Below, in pieces: positions 17,136-27,590 of a stretch of DNA of 64,000 nt. How positions within the stretch are numbered: the stretch's first letter is position 1; each line of letters begins with the position of its first letter. The position numbers and the translations under genes are program-made. This DNA comes from Methanocella sp. Its GTDB lineage: Archaea; Thermoproteota; Bathyarchaeia; Bathyarchaeales; Bathycorpusculaceae. The stretch covers positions 1-64,000 of the forward strand of contig JBLNCY010000031.1 of assembly GCA_050261115.1 (NCBI GenBank). The letters run 5' to 3'. The notes beneath the pieces are model-generated. The model ran no database searches. It was given only the letters and a program-made list of their open reading frames with translations, and had not been told where the DNA came from.

Positions 17136-19484
17136 TCACTTCATTTTTCGGACCATTCTTGGAAGTAGGGTTGGGTCCGGAATTATGGTTTCTTTCCAGT
17201 TGTTTGCTTCGAGGATCTTGACGATTTCGTCTTTCATGGTGATTGGCACATCAGCCATTGTTCGGACATATAGGTGAATGTCGTTTGGCATGACACCCAT
17301 ATAGCGTTTGTGTAGGTCGATGTAGTGGCTGAGTTTGCCTGCGCGTCCCTTCCAGGTGTCGTTTGGTCTGAAGCAGAGTTTGGCGATTTGGACAATGCAT
17401 TCTTCTTTGGTTTCTGCGATGGCAAAGAGGTGCTCTGGTGCTGGGCCAGCGTTGACTGTTTCGCCTGTGCGTGCATCAAGTACATTCCAGTTGGATGGGT
17501 CTTCCTTGCGGCCTTGGAGGGTACGTCTGTATTTGCTGCCGTGTGGACCGACGACGACTGGGACACCTAAGCGCCAGAAGCCTGCGCCGATTGCAGCTGC
17601 TTTCTGACTGTATGCACCCCATGCTAAGCCGACTGCGCCGAGTCTGTTGTGGATGTAGTCTGCGATTTCCTCGTAGTTGCCTCTTAGTGGGCGTTTTGCA
17701 AAGATGTTTGCTACTTTAATAGCGGCGCCTGCGATGTGGCTGTTTGAGACACATGAGCCGACGTTGCAGACTCCTCCTGCTTCGAATCCGCCTGGGAATT
17801 CTTCATAGAGGGTCTTGCCTTCTTCGTTGCGGTAGCTGCCGGCAGACATTGCACTGCATCCTGAGAGGACGACGATGTATCGTCTGCTTGCGAATTCACG
17901 GGCGATATCGTAGACGTCTTTGCCGCCTTTTGGATAGTTGCTGCAGCCAACGATTGCAACTATACCTGGAATTTCTCCAAGCACGATTGGGCTGCCGACG
18001 TTGCGGATTTCGACGTCTGAGACGGCACCTCTACCGCTGCGGCACAGGTTGTCTTCTGCATACATCGCTTTTTCGCCTGCTTTAACGATGAGGCTGTGGA
18101 TCTTGATGCCTTGTGGGCATGCGCTTTCGCATCTTCCGCATCCGATACAGACTTCATAGAGGTTCGTTAATAGTGAGAGGTCACCGGCTGCTGCGGCTTT
18201 TAGTGCTGGCGGAATTGCAAAGTCTTGTGGGCAGTTGCGTTGGCAAGCCTTGCATTGTGTGCAGGTCTTTGCGATGGAAACGATCTCTTCGGGTGTTGGG
18301 AGAACGTTTTTGCGTTTGCGGATTGGAGCTACTGCCATCGCGACGCGTACGGCGACTTCGCCGACTTTTTCTGGGTCAAGGATTAGTACACCTTTGACTT
18401 TGCCGCTAACGAGGTCTTCGACTATTGCGTCGACTGGATCGTTTGTGCGGTTCTTGAAGCCAACACAGTTCTTTTCTGAGGCGGCGATAACTGGTGTATC
18501 GACTAATGCGGCTTGTTCTGCGACGTCGGTTCTGATGCATTGCTCATCGAGAACTATGACGTCTGCTAAGCCAGCGCGGATGAAGCGGAGTTCCCAGCTG
18601 ATTGGACCAACGATTCTTGCGCGGGTGTAGTATCTGGTCATGTCGTGTGAAGTGCAGCATAAGCCGACTACTTCGATTTGTTCGTCAACTTTCTTTTCTT
18701 TTGCATAGTCGATAATACCGACTGAAGGAACAACGTTGTGACCGATGCACATGACAACTGGCTTTGTGCGGTCAACACTTGCAATGCCGAGTTTGACTAG
18801 TGGTGCCTCGGGGTCTGCTTTTGGATAGCCTAATGTAGAAATCTGTGCAATGTCGCCGATTTCCATGCCGATGTGGTCGCACATACCCACGTGGAATGCT
18901 TTTGATTCAAAGTCGAGGTTGGATGCTTCTTGACCTGTGTGGGCTGTTGCGAGAATTTGGGTGATTTGTTCTTCGACATAGGTCATGGCTTCGTCGAGGT
19001 CGCCGAGGGTTTCAGGTTTGATACCTGTTACAAGGCGAGTGATTGGTGCTTCAACTTTGACGTTTAATCCGCCGACATCTAATCGATGGTTTCGGCCGTA
19101 TTTTTCGATTAGATGGTGAACTAAGTGCCTTGAGTGAGCTGAGTGGCATGCCGCACCAATCGCGCAAGCGATCATGACGATACGGGATGATTGGGCCGCT
19201 ATGTCTAAGCCACATGCACCCCGTTTGCCAGCGGTCAAGTCACATTTGCCAAAAGTGCAAAGGCAGCATGAGTCGCAGTCGGGCATGTAGAAAGGCTTGT
19301 ACTTGTTGAGGAGTTTCAGGTCCCAATCTCGCAGGGCGGTAACGGAGGGCATTGGAGTTGGACCCATTGGCTCTTCGGTATAATTGTCTTTCATAACCTT
19401 GCCAATAGACAACTCGAGGTTCTTGATGAGACCGGCGTTGGTCTTCATTTCGTCTATTTTCACATGGACGTTTTTACTAGTCAA
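17136..19484 (-). CDS. cdhA: ACDS alpha subunit (Ni-CO dehydrogenase)
   Basis: GPTP.P....LRDWD, CCLCTFGKCDL....GACG, H..H..H, GHN, CCT.HD, two ferredoxin CxxCxxCxxxCP motifs. Confidence 0.97.
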   Translation of the reverse strand: MTSKNVHVKIDEMKTNAGLIKNLELSIGKVMKDNYTEEPMGPTPMPSVTALRDWDLKLLNKYKPFYMPDCDSCCLCTFGKCDLTAGKRGACGLDIAAQSSRIVMIACAIGAACHSAHSRHLVHHLIEKYGRNHRLDVGGLNVKVEAPITRLVTGIKPETLGDLDEAMTYVEEQITQILATAHTGQEASNLDFESKAFHVGMCDHIGMEIGDIAQISTLGYPKADPEAPLVKLGIASVDRTKPVVMCIGHNVVPSVGIIDYAKEKKVDEQIEVVGLCCTSHDMTRYYTRARIVGPISWELRFIRAGLADVIVLDEQCIRTDVAEQAALVDTPVIAASEKNCVGFKNRTNDPVDAIVEDLVSGKVKGVLILDPEKVGEVAVRVAMAVAPIRKRKNVLPTPEEIVSIAKTCTQCKACQRNCPQDFAIPPALKAAAAGDLSLLTNLYEVCIGCGRCESACPQGIKIHSLIVKAGEKAMYAEDNLCRSGRGAVSDVEIRNVGSPIVLGEIPGIVAIVGCSNYPKGGKDVYDIAREFASRRYIVVLSGCSAMSAGSYRNEEGKTLYEEFPGGFEAGGVCNVGSCVSNSHIAGAAIKVANIFAKRPLRGNYEEIADYIHNRLGAVGLAWGAYSQKAAAIGAGFWRLGVPVVVGPHGSKYRRTLQGRKEDPSNWNVLDARTGETVNAGPAPEHLFAIAETKEECIVQIAKLCFRPNDTWKGRAGKLSHYIDLHKRYMGVMPNDIHLYVRTMADVPITMKDEIVKILEANNWKETIIPDPTLLPRMVRKMK

Positions 19485-19620
19485 ATCTAATAACCTCTGT
19501 AAAGGTTTACCAGTTAACCAGATTACAATCTTTTTAAACCTTTCCAGAATCTTTATTCAAAAGTCAGGTGCGAGTGATAGAAATGTTAAAAGAAGAAAAT
19601 TTTGTGTAAAAATTTTTGGG

Positions 19621-20385
19621 CTATAAGTAACCCAGGGTTTGGAGGATTTTTTTAACTGAAAGGTAAGCTTTGTTATCGTTTGGGAGGTCTAAAAGTGAAT
19701 CTCCGTTAAGTACAGCTTGATCTAATTGGTCATCTGCTTCGATTTTACCCAAATATTTAAAGCCTAAGTTTTCCTCGGCCTCTTTCCCCAATTCGGCTGG
19801 GAAACGGTATCCTCCGATTATGTAAAAGTTTTCGAATTTCATGTCAACTTCTTTGGCTATTCTGTATGCTCTTTTGACATGGTCCTGTGACTTTTTGGAA
19901 TGGTCCAAAATATCAAAAATGTCGTTAACGTTGGAGGTTATTCTACGGTTAAGGTTCTCCAAGCCAGCCGGAGAGTCAACAATAACATACTTGTAGGTTT
20001 TTGTAAGTGACTCAAGCGCGTTTTTTAGTGCAGTGTTAGGCATGCAGTAGCAACCCTCAATCCACTTGTTACCAACCGCCATAAAATCAAAGTTGTTGCT
20101 TTCGTAGAGTCCCTGTTCCCAAATCCGTGCCTCAATGCGCTGTGCTGGAGGAACGCCGACCGTGGTACCGCCGCCTTCAATAAAAGTGCTAACAATGAGG
20201 TCCGCTATGGTTGATTTACCGGCCTCTTTGAGGTCAACGCCTAGCATCTCAGCTAAGTTCTGATCCGGATCAGCATCAACAAGTAGAATGGGAGATTGTT
20301 TTGCTTCTATGAAGGCCTTTGCCATAAGAGCTGAAAAACTGGATTTTCCTGTTCCACCACGACCAACAGTTACTAATGTTTTCAT
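19621..20385 (-). CDS. cooC: CooC/AcsF-type nickel-insertion ATPase
   Basis: GRGGTGKS Walker A, VDADP..NL...LG, EGCYC, DSPAGLE; adjacent to cdhA. Confidence 0.88.
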   Translation of the reverse strand: MKTLVTVGRGGTGKSSFSALMAKAFIEAKQSPILLVDADPDQNLAEMLGVDLKEAGKSTIADLIVSTFIEGGGTTVGVPPAQRIEARIWEQGLYESNNFDFMAVGNKWIEGCYCMPNTALKNALESLTKTYKYVIVDSPAGLENLNRRITSNVNDIFDILDHSKKSQDHVKRAYRIAKEVDMKFENFYIIGGYRFPAELGKEAEENLGFKYLGKIEADDQLDQAVLNGDSLLDLPNDNKAYLSVKKILQTLGYL

Positions 20386-20701
20386 ACAATAACCTCAAAG
20401 AGTCTTTAGCTTTGTCTAGCAAAATCTCGCATATATTTTCATTGGTCTCTATGCAGCATTTTTCCAATCCATCTTGCCACCATTCCGCGGTTTACTCTGC
20501 ATGGCATGCTATCGTGTTAATGGCGTATTCAGGCTGTCTAGGCTAAGTTTTCTGGCTTCTTGGAACGGTCTGTTTGGCCGTTTTCTATTAACCGACTGTT
20601 GTTTTTAATAACAACCATCGCTAACCCGCGTAATATTATACAAGTTACCTATAAGTCAGGTGGGACTTGGCCGTTAATACATGAAAGTTTGTTTAAAAGG
20701 G

Positions 20702-21082
20702 TTAGGTGAGGTTTTCGTATTTTTCTTGGGTTATTGTTTCCACGATGTCTGTGGCGATGTCAACGATTGAATTCGCCTGCTTCATCATGGCGTCGCAGTT
20801 TACTTCCTCGACTTGAGAAATCTGCTGAACGATGGTTTCAACCTCAATTAAGAAACGCAGAACAGAATCATTGGTCTTTGGATTTTTTGCCAATTCTTCA
20901 CGGATAAGTATCTCAATAAAAGCTGGCTCGCCGAGGCTGTAGTAGATTGCGTTTCTTGCCTTCCGTATGGCCTCAAGAACTAGGTTTGGAGCCATATAGG
21001 GAATTTTTTGTGCAGCTTCCAACTCAGCCTTTGCTTCGCGTAGATACCTTAGCGCCCAGCCTTTGCGGTACTCATCCATCAT
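20702..21082 (-). CDS. Hypothetical all-alpha protein, possibly HEPN-like
   Basis: WALRYLREAKAELEAA resembles the first helix of HEPN domains; no Rx4-6H motif seen. Confidence 0.55.
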   Translation of the reverse strand: MMDEYRKGWALRYLREAKAELEAAQKIPYMAPNLVLEAIRKARNAIYYSLGEPAFIEILIREELAKNPKTNDSVLRFLIEVETIVQQISQVEEVNCDAMMKQANSIVDIATDIVETITQEKYENLT

Positions 21083-21095
21083 TTAATGTTCCCGT

Positions 21096-21329
21096 TTATT
21101 CGATGATTTCTTCTTCGATGTCTGAATCCATGGCAGAGCTAGCTTGGGCTAATGCGTTTGTGCGTGTGATGTAGCCGGCGACCTTGTTGCGTACTCGTGT
21201 GGTGGCGCCTTTGGTGACTTCGTCTACTATGCGTTTGTTCTCATCAAAGTTGGTTGTGAACTTGTTGGGGAAGCGAGTCATTAGTTCTTTGCCAAGGTGT
21301 TTTATCTGCTCAGTCTTTACTTTTCCCAG
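21096..21329 (-). CDS. rps17e: 30S ribosomal protein eS17; probable CTG start
   Basis: GKVKTEQIK...FTTNFDENK...RNKVAGYIT; GGAGG lies 8 nt before the CTG at 21329. Confidence 0.93.
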   Translation of the reverse strand: MGKVKTEQIKHLGKELMTRFPNKFTTNFDENKRIVDEVTKGATTRVRNKVAGYITRTNALAQASSAMDSDIEEEIIE

Positions 21330-21478
21330 TTTGGTTTCCTCCGATGTTATAGTTAATGTTTCTTCGCCTTTTTTGGCGTCGAAGCAACCTTCAATAGCTG
21401 CATGGCTTAATTTAAGCTTACGCCTCAAAGATAATTTTTTAGCACTTGATAGAAACCAAGGCAGGATAACGTATGGGG

Positions 21479-22255
21479 TTATGCTGGTAGTTTAATGTTG
21501 AAGAATGCTTCAAAGTTATCAGCAATCTGCTCGGCCACCTCTTCGGCGGGCAGCTTTTTTATTTCTGCGATAGCTTCCACGACGTTTCGTATGTAGGAGG
21601 GTTTTGTGAGTTGTCCATTGTAGGGTTTTTTCCAGTAGGTAACTGGACCGTCGGTTTCGGTGAGTAGGTTGGTTAGGTTGGCTTTCTCGATGACTTCGCG
21701 GATGCCATTAGAGTAAGTTGCAGGTGGACCTTCGGTTATGTAGTAGCCGTTGTCCATAGCTTTGGAGAGCGCGGTTAGGGGGTAGCTAAACCAGTGGAGC
21801 AAAACCTTTTTGACGCGATATGAAGGCAACATCTGGACAATCAACTCGGTGGTACCCCGTGAATGAATTATTACAGGCAGGTTAAGCTGCTCGGCTAGAT
21901 GCAGCATTTTATCAAAGACAGTGGTTTGTTGCCCCCAGGTCGATTCGTATTTATTGTCTAAGCCGATTTCGCCTATGGCTTTGACTTTGGTTTTGTGATG
22001 CTCTATAAAATCGATGGTGTCTTGGACTTCGGTTTCATTGAGAAAGTTTACGTTCCAAGGGTGTATACCAAGTGCCGGGTAGACCAGTTGGGGGTACTGC
22101 TCGGCGAGTTTAATGTCGTTTTGGCAACTTTTAAGGTCCATCGAGTTAGTCACAAGAGCCAGCACGCCTGCATTTTTGGCGTCTGCTACTATCTCCTCAA
22201 TGTGGCCACTGTATTCTGTTTCGGATAAATGAACATGTGCGTCGGTTAACCGCAT
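21479..22255 (-). CDS. tatD: TatD-family metal-dependent nuclease
   Basis: DAHVH, GIHP, AIGEIGLD, IHSR, LH.F, ETDGP. Confidence 0.93.
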   Translation of the reverse strand: MRLTDAHVHLSETEYSGHIEEIVADAKNAGVLALVTNSMDLKSCQNDIKLAEQYPQLVYPALGIHPWNVNFLNETEVQDTIDFIEHHKTKVKAIGEIGLDNKYESTWGQQTTVFDKMLHLAEQLNLPVIIHSRGTTELIVQMLPSYRVKKVLLHWFSYPLTALSKAMDNGYYITEGPPATYSNGIREVIEKANLTNLLTETDGPVTYWKKPYNGQLTKPSYIRNVVEAIAEIKKLPAEEVAEQIADNFEAFFNIKLPA

Positions 22256-22402
22256 ATTACTCAGCGCTATATGCGTCCTTTAGGCTTTTAAAATTTTGTT
22301 TGCCGCGGCTATCGTTTGTAGTTGACGATTTTTTAGAGGAAAAAGCGATAACAAAGATTAAATATAGCCTTAAATAGAAAAAGAAGCTGAAGAGATGTCG
22401 AT

Positions 22403-22624
22403 ATGACTGAATTAGAAATAGCCGTAGCTCCCATGCATAGATTATGCAAAAAAGCAGGCGCTGACAGAGTAAGCGAGGCAGCAGCTAAAGAACTCGCCAA
22501 GGCACTAGAAGAAATCGGCGTAAAAATCGCAAAAGAAGCACTAGACTTCGCAATGCATGCAGGCAGAAAAACCATCAAAGCAGAAGATATCGAAATCGCC
22601 GCCAGAAAAATCATGGGAAAATAA
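22403..22624 (+). CDS. Archaeal histone (HMf family)
   Basis: [16 protein letters not shown]...[12 protein letters not shown] histone fold. Confidence 0.96.
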   Translation: MTELEIAVAPMHRLCKKAGADRVSEAAAKELAKALEEIGVKIAKEALDFAMHAGRKTIKAEDIEIAARKIMGK

Positions 22625-22779
22625 GCAAATTAACAACAGTATACTCTTTTCCTTTCTTTTATTCCGTCTTTATCCTGATTTTTGGCATACGGCAATTTTT
22701 TCTACTATTCACCGTTACTGCCAACCCCAAGTTGAATCAGAAAGCCCCACAAAACAAAAGCCATAGACAACTAAGCAGA

Positions 22780-23511
22780 TTACTTTATCAGTTGATCTAT
22801 ATCTTTAGGAAACAACTGCAGACTTTCTATAACACAATCAGGTCTTAGGTTGCTTTCTTTGAGGTCTTTTAGACTGTTAAACTGAGAAGACACAAACACC
22901 GCCCGAAGCCCCATATCCAATGCGCCCTTGATATCCTCCATGGGGCTGTCCCCCACAAAGACGGTTTCAGCCGCAGACACCCCCAAGCGCTGGAGCATAT
23001 CTTGAAAAATCACGGGGCTTGGTTTTCTCCAACCGATGTCATCTGAGACTAACAGGGCATTAAAGTACTGGCTTATGCCAATCTTCCTTAGGCTATTGTG
23101 AATTACGGGGCCGTAGGTAAAGTTGCTAATTAATCCGAGCCGATACTGCCGAGAGGTTTCTTCAAGGAGTTCTCTGGCGCCGTCCCGGAGTTCTATGGTG
23201 TTAATGAAGTCCTGAAAGAATATGTTAAGCGCCTCTTTTACTAGGGGATCGTCTGGCGTGGTTGGGTAGCCAAGGTTGGTAAGGGCTTCTGCGACCCAGA
23301 CCGCGTTGGTTACTTCCCGATACTGTTCATAGCGGATTACACGGTACTTCTTGTGTGCCACCCTGTAGGCGTCAAGAAACGCTTTTTTCTCCACCTTAAA
23401 GCCCGCGCTGTAGAGTGAGTTGTAGAGGGTGTTCTCAGAATCAGCCATATTGTACCCTCGGCAGTTCACAAGTGTGCCGATGTAATCATAGATGATTGCG
23501 CGACATTTCAT
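22780..23511 (-). CDS. HAD-superfamily hydrolase (subfamily IA)
   Basis: YDYIGTL, LISN, RKPSP.IF, FVGDS..EDIKGA; ATGA overlap with hypB. Confidence 0.88.
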   Translation of the reverse strand: MKCRAIIYDYIGTLVNCRGYNMADSENTLYNSLYSAGFKVEKKAFLDAYRVAHKKYRVIRYEQYREVTNAVWVAEALTNLGYPTTPDDPLVKEALNIFFQDFINTIELRDGARELLEETSRQYRLGLISNFTYGPVIHNSLRKIGISQYFNALLVSDDIGWRKPSPVIFQDMLQRLGVSAAETVFVGDSPMEDIKGALDMGLRAVFVSSQFNSLKDLKESNLRPDCVIESLQLFPKDIDQLIK

Positions 23512-24248
23512 TGCATTGCCAAGTCCCATGCGGCATGCTCTATTTTATCAAGCGAGGCACCCATAAGCTTGAGCAGCTTTTGGGGGTTGCCGATAGAGTC
23601 CTCAACTGCAACATCATAGCTAACGGCACCCAGATACTTGATTTCAAGCTTGGAGGCTTCAGCCATAATAAAGTCGGTGTTGTCTCGCTTCATGTTTTCA
23701 ACAATACCAACAATGGGCATCTTGAGTTCGCTTAAAACTTCAACCTGCTTTTTGACCACATCAAAAGCAAGAAGTGAAGGCGTAGTTACAATCAAAAACT
23801 CTATGCGCTCAACAAGGCGCACCAAATCAAGGACGGGGTCACCGATACCCGGCGGCATATCGATAATTAAATAATCCAACTCGCCCCACTGGGTAACCGC
23901 CAAAAGCTCAATCAACGTATTAGACACATCAGAGCCCCGCAGAGGGGTGGCTTTTCCGGCGACAAAGTAAACCAGAGACATGTACTCTAAACCTTCAACC
24001 TTGGCAGGTACAAGTCCCTTGTCCTCTTTTGGCTGCACAGAACGTGGCACCCCAAGAATGAAATGGGTGGAGGGGCCAGTGAAATCGATGTCAAAGAGGC
24101 CCACTCGGCAGCCTTTCTGGGCAAGCGAGAGCGCCAACGCGGTGGACACCATACTTTTGCCGACGCCGCCTTTGCCGCTGGTAACAGCGACTATGTGGCG
24201 TATTTTGGATAAGCGTTTTGTGATTATACTTGTGCGGGGGTCTATCAT
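23508..24248 (-). CDS. hypB: Mrp/MinD-type ATPase, Thermococcales-like HypB (Ni delivery)
   Basis: MIDPR start, SGKGGVGKS, TPLRG, IDMPPG, ENM with no CxxC after it; coupled to hypA. Confidence 0.8.
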   Translation of the reverse strand: MIDPRTSIITKRLSKIRHIVAVTSGKGGVGKSMVSTALALSLAQKGCRVGLFDIDFTGPSTHFILGVPRSVQPKEDKGLVPAKVEGLEYMSLVYFVAGKATPLRGSDVSNTLIELLAVTQWGELDYLIIDMPPGIGDPVLDLVRLVERIEFLIVTTPSLLAFDVVKKQVEVLSELKMPIVGIVENMKRDNTDFIMAEASKLEIKYLGAVSYDVAVEDSIGNPQKLLKLMGASLDKIEHAAWDLAMQ

Positions 24249-24649
24249 TCGATTTTTTCTCCTTTTAGGCCTTCAATCCATACTCCTCGGCCCAGGGTGA
24301 TTTCGAAGTCGGGGCTACCGCATTTGGGGCATTTTATGTAGCTGTGGGCAACTTCGGGAATAAAGTGGATAGCTTCAGCGGTTTCTTTGTCGAGTTTTTT
24401 GGCGTTGTATTGCCAGGTCTTTTTGCAGACTCTACATTTTAAGGTAGACTTGGATTTTAGAATGTGATATTTGGCGTTCTTTAAGAGGCCGCTTGCCATT
24501 TGCTTGAGTGCAAACCGAAGGATTGAGGGTTCAACCTGTTGTAATGCGCCGACACGTATAGTTACTTCACAAATGGAGGTTAGGTCTTCTTGCTCGGCGA
24601 TTTGTTGTGCGGAGGCAAGGATTGCTTCTGCTAGCGCCCATTCATGCAT
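24245..24649 (-). CDS. hypA: Hydrogenase nickel metallochaperone HypA
   Basis: MHE Ni motif, CRVC and CPKCGS zinc site, IHFIPE insertion. Confidence 0.95.
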   Translation of the reverse strand: MHEWALAEAILASAQQIAEQEDLTSICEVTIRVGALQQVEPSILRFALKQMASGLLKNAKYHILKSKSTLKCRVCKKTWQYNAKKLDKETAEAIHFIPEVAHSYIKCPKCGSPDFEITLGRGVWIEGLKGEKIE

Positions 24650-24845
24650 ACAGTGTAGTTAGTTGTTTTGATAATTAAAGGGTATGCTCAGCGTTTTGAC
24701 TTTTGAATATATTCTTGTTTTTGTATTTAGATTTTGACTATCTAATCTCTAGCCATTAGGCTCAAAGGTGTTTTTCAAGATAAGTTAATCTATAACCTGG
24801 TTCTATTAGCGCCTACCGCATGGTTAAACATGCGTAAGGGGATGC

Positions 24846-26141
24846 ATGGCTATCCGAGTAATCGCTGATTTACACATCCATGGCCGATATAGCCGCGCAA
24901 CAAGCGAACAGATGAGTTTAGCCGATATCGCAAAGTACGCAAAAATAAAGGGCCTCAATCTGGTGGGCACAGGTGACTTCACACATCCCATGTGGCTAGC
25001 GGAAATTCGCCAAGCGCTCAGCGCAGACCAGGACACGGGGTTACTAAAACCAGCCGGCGATAAATCGGTCCGTTTTATACTTCAAACTGAAGTCTGCACC
25101 ATCTATGACTATAAGGGCGAATCAAAAAAGATTCACCACGTAATCCTTGCGCCTAACTTGGAAACGGTGGAGCAAATCAATGACCGCCTAAAAAAGTACG
25201 GTGACCTATCAGCTGACGGGCGACCCATACTTGACTGCACGGCACCTCAGCTTGTCGAAGAAATCATGAGCATATCGGCGGATAATGTGGTTTTTCCTGC
25301 GCACGCCTGGACCCCCTGGTTTAGCATCTTTGGAGCGTTTAGCGGCTTTGACTCTGTTGAAGCCTGCTATGAGGACATGACTAAGCATATTCATGCACTT
25401 GAAACTGGTCTCTCATCTGATCCCTCTATGAATTGGCGTCTAAGCAAACTTGACCGCTACACTCTGCTTTCTAATAGTGACTGCCACAGCTTCTGGCCCT
25501 GGCGCATAGGCAGAGAAGCCAACGTGTTTGACCTCCCCGACCTAACATATAGTCACGTAACCTCCGCCATCTCTGACAACGACCCCGAACGCTTAAAGTA
25601 CACCATAGAAACCGACCCCGCCTATGGCAAATACCATTGGACAGGACACCGCAACTGCAAAGTCTCCCTATCACCCCAAGAAGCCATAAAGCTCGGCAAC
25701 AGCTGCCCCCTTTGCCACAGAAAACTCACCAAGGGCGTGGAACAGCGCGTCGAGGAACTAGCAGACCGACCCTGTAGCTACAAGCGTGCGGAAGCGCCGG
25801 GGTTTATGCGGTTGCTGCCCCTATCAGAAATTTTAGCAGCCGTTTTGGGCAAGGATTCACCCGCTACCCAAGCAGTGTGGAAACCCTACAATCAGCTTCT
25901 TGAGCACTTTGGTGACGAATACAGTGTGCTAATCGATGCACCCATGGATGCGATGGCATCGGTGGTCGACCCCGCGATTGCGCAAGCAGTGATTGCAGTG
26001 CGTGAGGGCTCAGCAAAGGTTACCCCCGGCTATGACGGCGTCTATGGGCAACTCGTCTTAGGCATCGAACCCCCCAAAGTTAAGGCTCAAGCGGCTACAG
26101 CTGCTAAGGTACAGCAGAAGAGCATGAGTGACTTCTGGTAG
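24846..26141 (+). CDS. Endonuclease Q family protein (PHP domain + Zn finger)
   Basis: DLHIHGRYSRATS, GTGDFTHP, PAHAWTPW, ETGLSSD, SNSDCHS, GKYH, CPLC, PGYDG.YG. Confidence 0.9.
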   Translation: MAIRVIADLHIHGRYSRATSEQMSLADIAKYAKIKGLNLVGTGDFTHPMWLAEIRQALSADQDTGLLKPAGDKSVRFILQTEVCTIYDYKGESKKIHHVILAPNLETVEQINDRLKKYGDLSADGRPILDCTAPQLVEEIMSISADNVVFPAHAWTPWFSIFGAFSGFDSVEACYEDMTKHIHALETGLSSDPSMNWRLSKLDRYTLLSNSDCHSFWPWRIGREANVFDLPDLTYSHVTSAISDNDPERLKYTIETDPAYGKYHWTGHRNCKVSLSPQEAIKLGNSCPLCHRKLTKGVEQRVEELADRPCSYKRAEAPGFMRLLPLSEILAAVLGKDSPATQAVWKPYNQLLEHFGDEYSVLIDAPMDAMASVVDPAIAQAVIAVREGSAKVTPGYDGVYGQLVLGIEPPKVKAQAATAAKVQQKSMSDFW

Positions 26142-26207
26142 AGAACCAAGCGCTAGCAACACAGCCTTTAATATCCACACAGCCATTTTTTCTAGGGCGA
26201 ATCTGAC

Positions 26208-27590
26208 GTGAAGGACCTTCTAACAAAGTTAACCAACATAGCCGCTGACCAAGGCACATCATACGCTGAGGCAAGAGCACAGCGGCTAACCAAAACCAGC
26301 CTTACCCTAAAAGAGGAACGCGTCGAAGCCGCCAAACAGGGCATCGAGTCTGGCGTCGCCATCCGCGTGCTTGTGAATGGCGCTTGGGGATTTGCGTCTG
26401 TGGGCTCACTGGATACGGCAGTGTTGAAGAAAGCCGTCATGGATGCTTGTGGCATGGCGAAGTTGGCGAGTGCACGCCTAAAAACCCCCATAAAGCTAGC
26501 CCCAGCCAAGACGGTTGAAGACAAGGTGTTGTCTAAGCCCAAAAAGAACCCTCAGAACATAGCTATGGAAGACAAAATCAAAACCGCACTAACCATAACC
26601 AAAACAAGCCTATCGTATAATAACCAAATCAAGAGTTGCGGCGTAGACTACATGGACCTTATGGGCATCAGCACTTTTGTAAACAGCGAAGGCACCCACA
26701 TCGAGCAGGACAAACTCTATGTCTGGAGCCGCATAACCGCTTCAGCCCAAACCAACGGCGCCTTCACTTTTAGCCGAGAAGAAGTCGGCTCCACCTCGGG
26801 TTATGAACTCTTTGACGAGCAAGCCCCCGAGGAGCTGGGCAAAAAGGTGGCGGAACGGGCAATTCAACAACTAACCGCAAAGCAACCAAAAGGCGGCAAG
26901 TTCCCAGTAGTTCTGGGACCCAATGTTGTTGGCGTATTTGTGCACGAAGCGTTTGGGCATCTTGCCGAAGCAGACCTTGCACTCTCAGGAGGCTTACTTG
27001 CCAGTCACATGGGCAAAAGAATCGGCTCCAATCTCGTCACCTTCTATGACGACGGCACCCTCCCCGGCGCGTTTGGCGCATTCAAATATGATGACGAGGG
27101 CATCCCAACCCAAAAAACCCTACTCATAAAAGACGGCGTCGTCACAGGTCTTATGCATAACCGCGACACAGCCCAAAAATTCAACACCCAACCAACAGGC
27201 AACGCGAGAGCAGAAGACTTCCGCGTGGAACCCATTATACGTATGCGCTGTACCTATATGGCACCTCGGGACCAAACCTTTGAAGATCTCCTAGAAGGAG
27301 TCAAAGAAGGCTACTATTTCAAAAGCTTCCGCGGAGGTCAAGCAAGCCTAGACGGCACCTTTCAAGTTGGCATACAGGAAGGCTACGAAATAAAGAATGG
27401 TGAAATCGGCGAAGCAGTCCGCAATGCATCAATCAGTGGCAACACGCTTGAGACATTGCATAAGGTTGATGCGGTGGGTAAGGATTTTGGTCTTGATCCC
27501 GGCAGGTGTGGGAAGGGTCAGACAGCGTTTATCTGTGACGGGGGACCGCACATACGGTTAAGTGAGGTGGTTGTTGGTGGCAGTGCTTGA
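26208..27590 (+). CDS. tldD: TldD metalloprotease
   Basis: HEAFGH zinc motif, YDDEG, TGNARA, CGKGQ. Confidence 0.93.
   Translation: MKDLLTKLTNIAADQGTSYAEARAQRLTKTSLTLKEERVEAAKQGIESGVAIRVLVNGAWGFASVGSLDTAVLKKAVMDACGMAKLASARLKTPIKLAPAKTVEDKVLSKPKKNPQNIAMEDKIKTALTITKTSLSYNNQIKSCGVDYMDLMGISTFVNSEGTHIEQDKLYVWSRITASAQTNGAFTFSREEVGSTSGYELFDEQAPEELGKKVAERAIQQLTAKQPKGGKFPVVLGPNVVGVFVHEAFGHLAEADLALSGGLLASHMGKRIGSNLVTFYDDGTLPGAFGAFKYDDEGIPTQKTLLIKDGVVTGLMHNRDTAQKFNTQPTGNARAEDFRVEPIIRMRCTYMAPRDQTFEDLLEGVKEGYYFKSFRGGQASLDGTFQVGIQEGYEIKNGEIGEAVRNASISGNTLETLHKVDAVGKDFGLDPGRCGKGQTAFICDGGPHIRLSEVVVGGSA

Noticed and set aside
12457-19626. Numerous antisense and alternate-frame ORFs over cdh genes (and similarly across the window)
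   Set aside because: Shadow ORFs of well-conserved genes with no recognisable motifs
20702-21082. HEPN toxin of a toxin-antitoxin pair
   Set aside because: No Rx4-6H motif and no adjacent MNT gene; it follows rps17e like a housekeeping gene
22403-22624. Eukaryote-like tailed histone
   Set aside because: 73 aa minimal fold with no N-terminal tail
23508-24248. ApbC/Nbp35 Fe-S carrier
   Set aside because: Lacks the CxxC after ENM and is coupled to hypA
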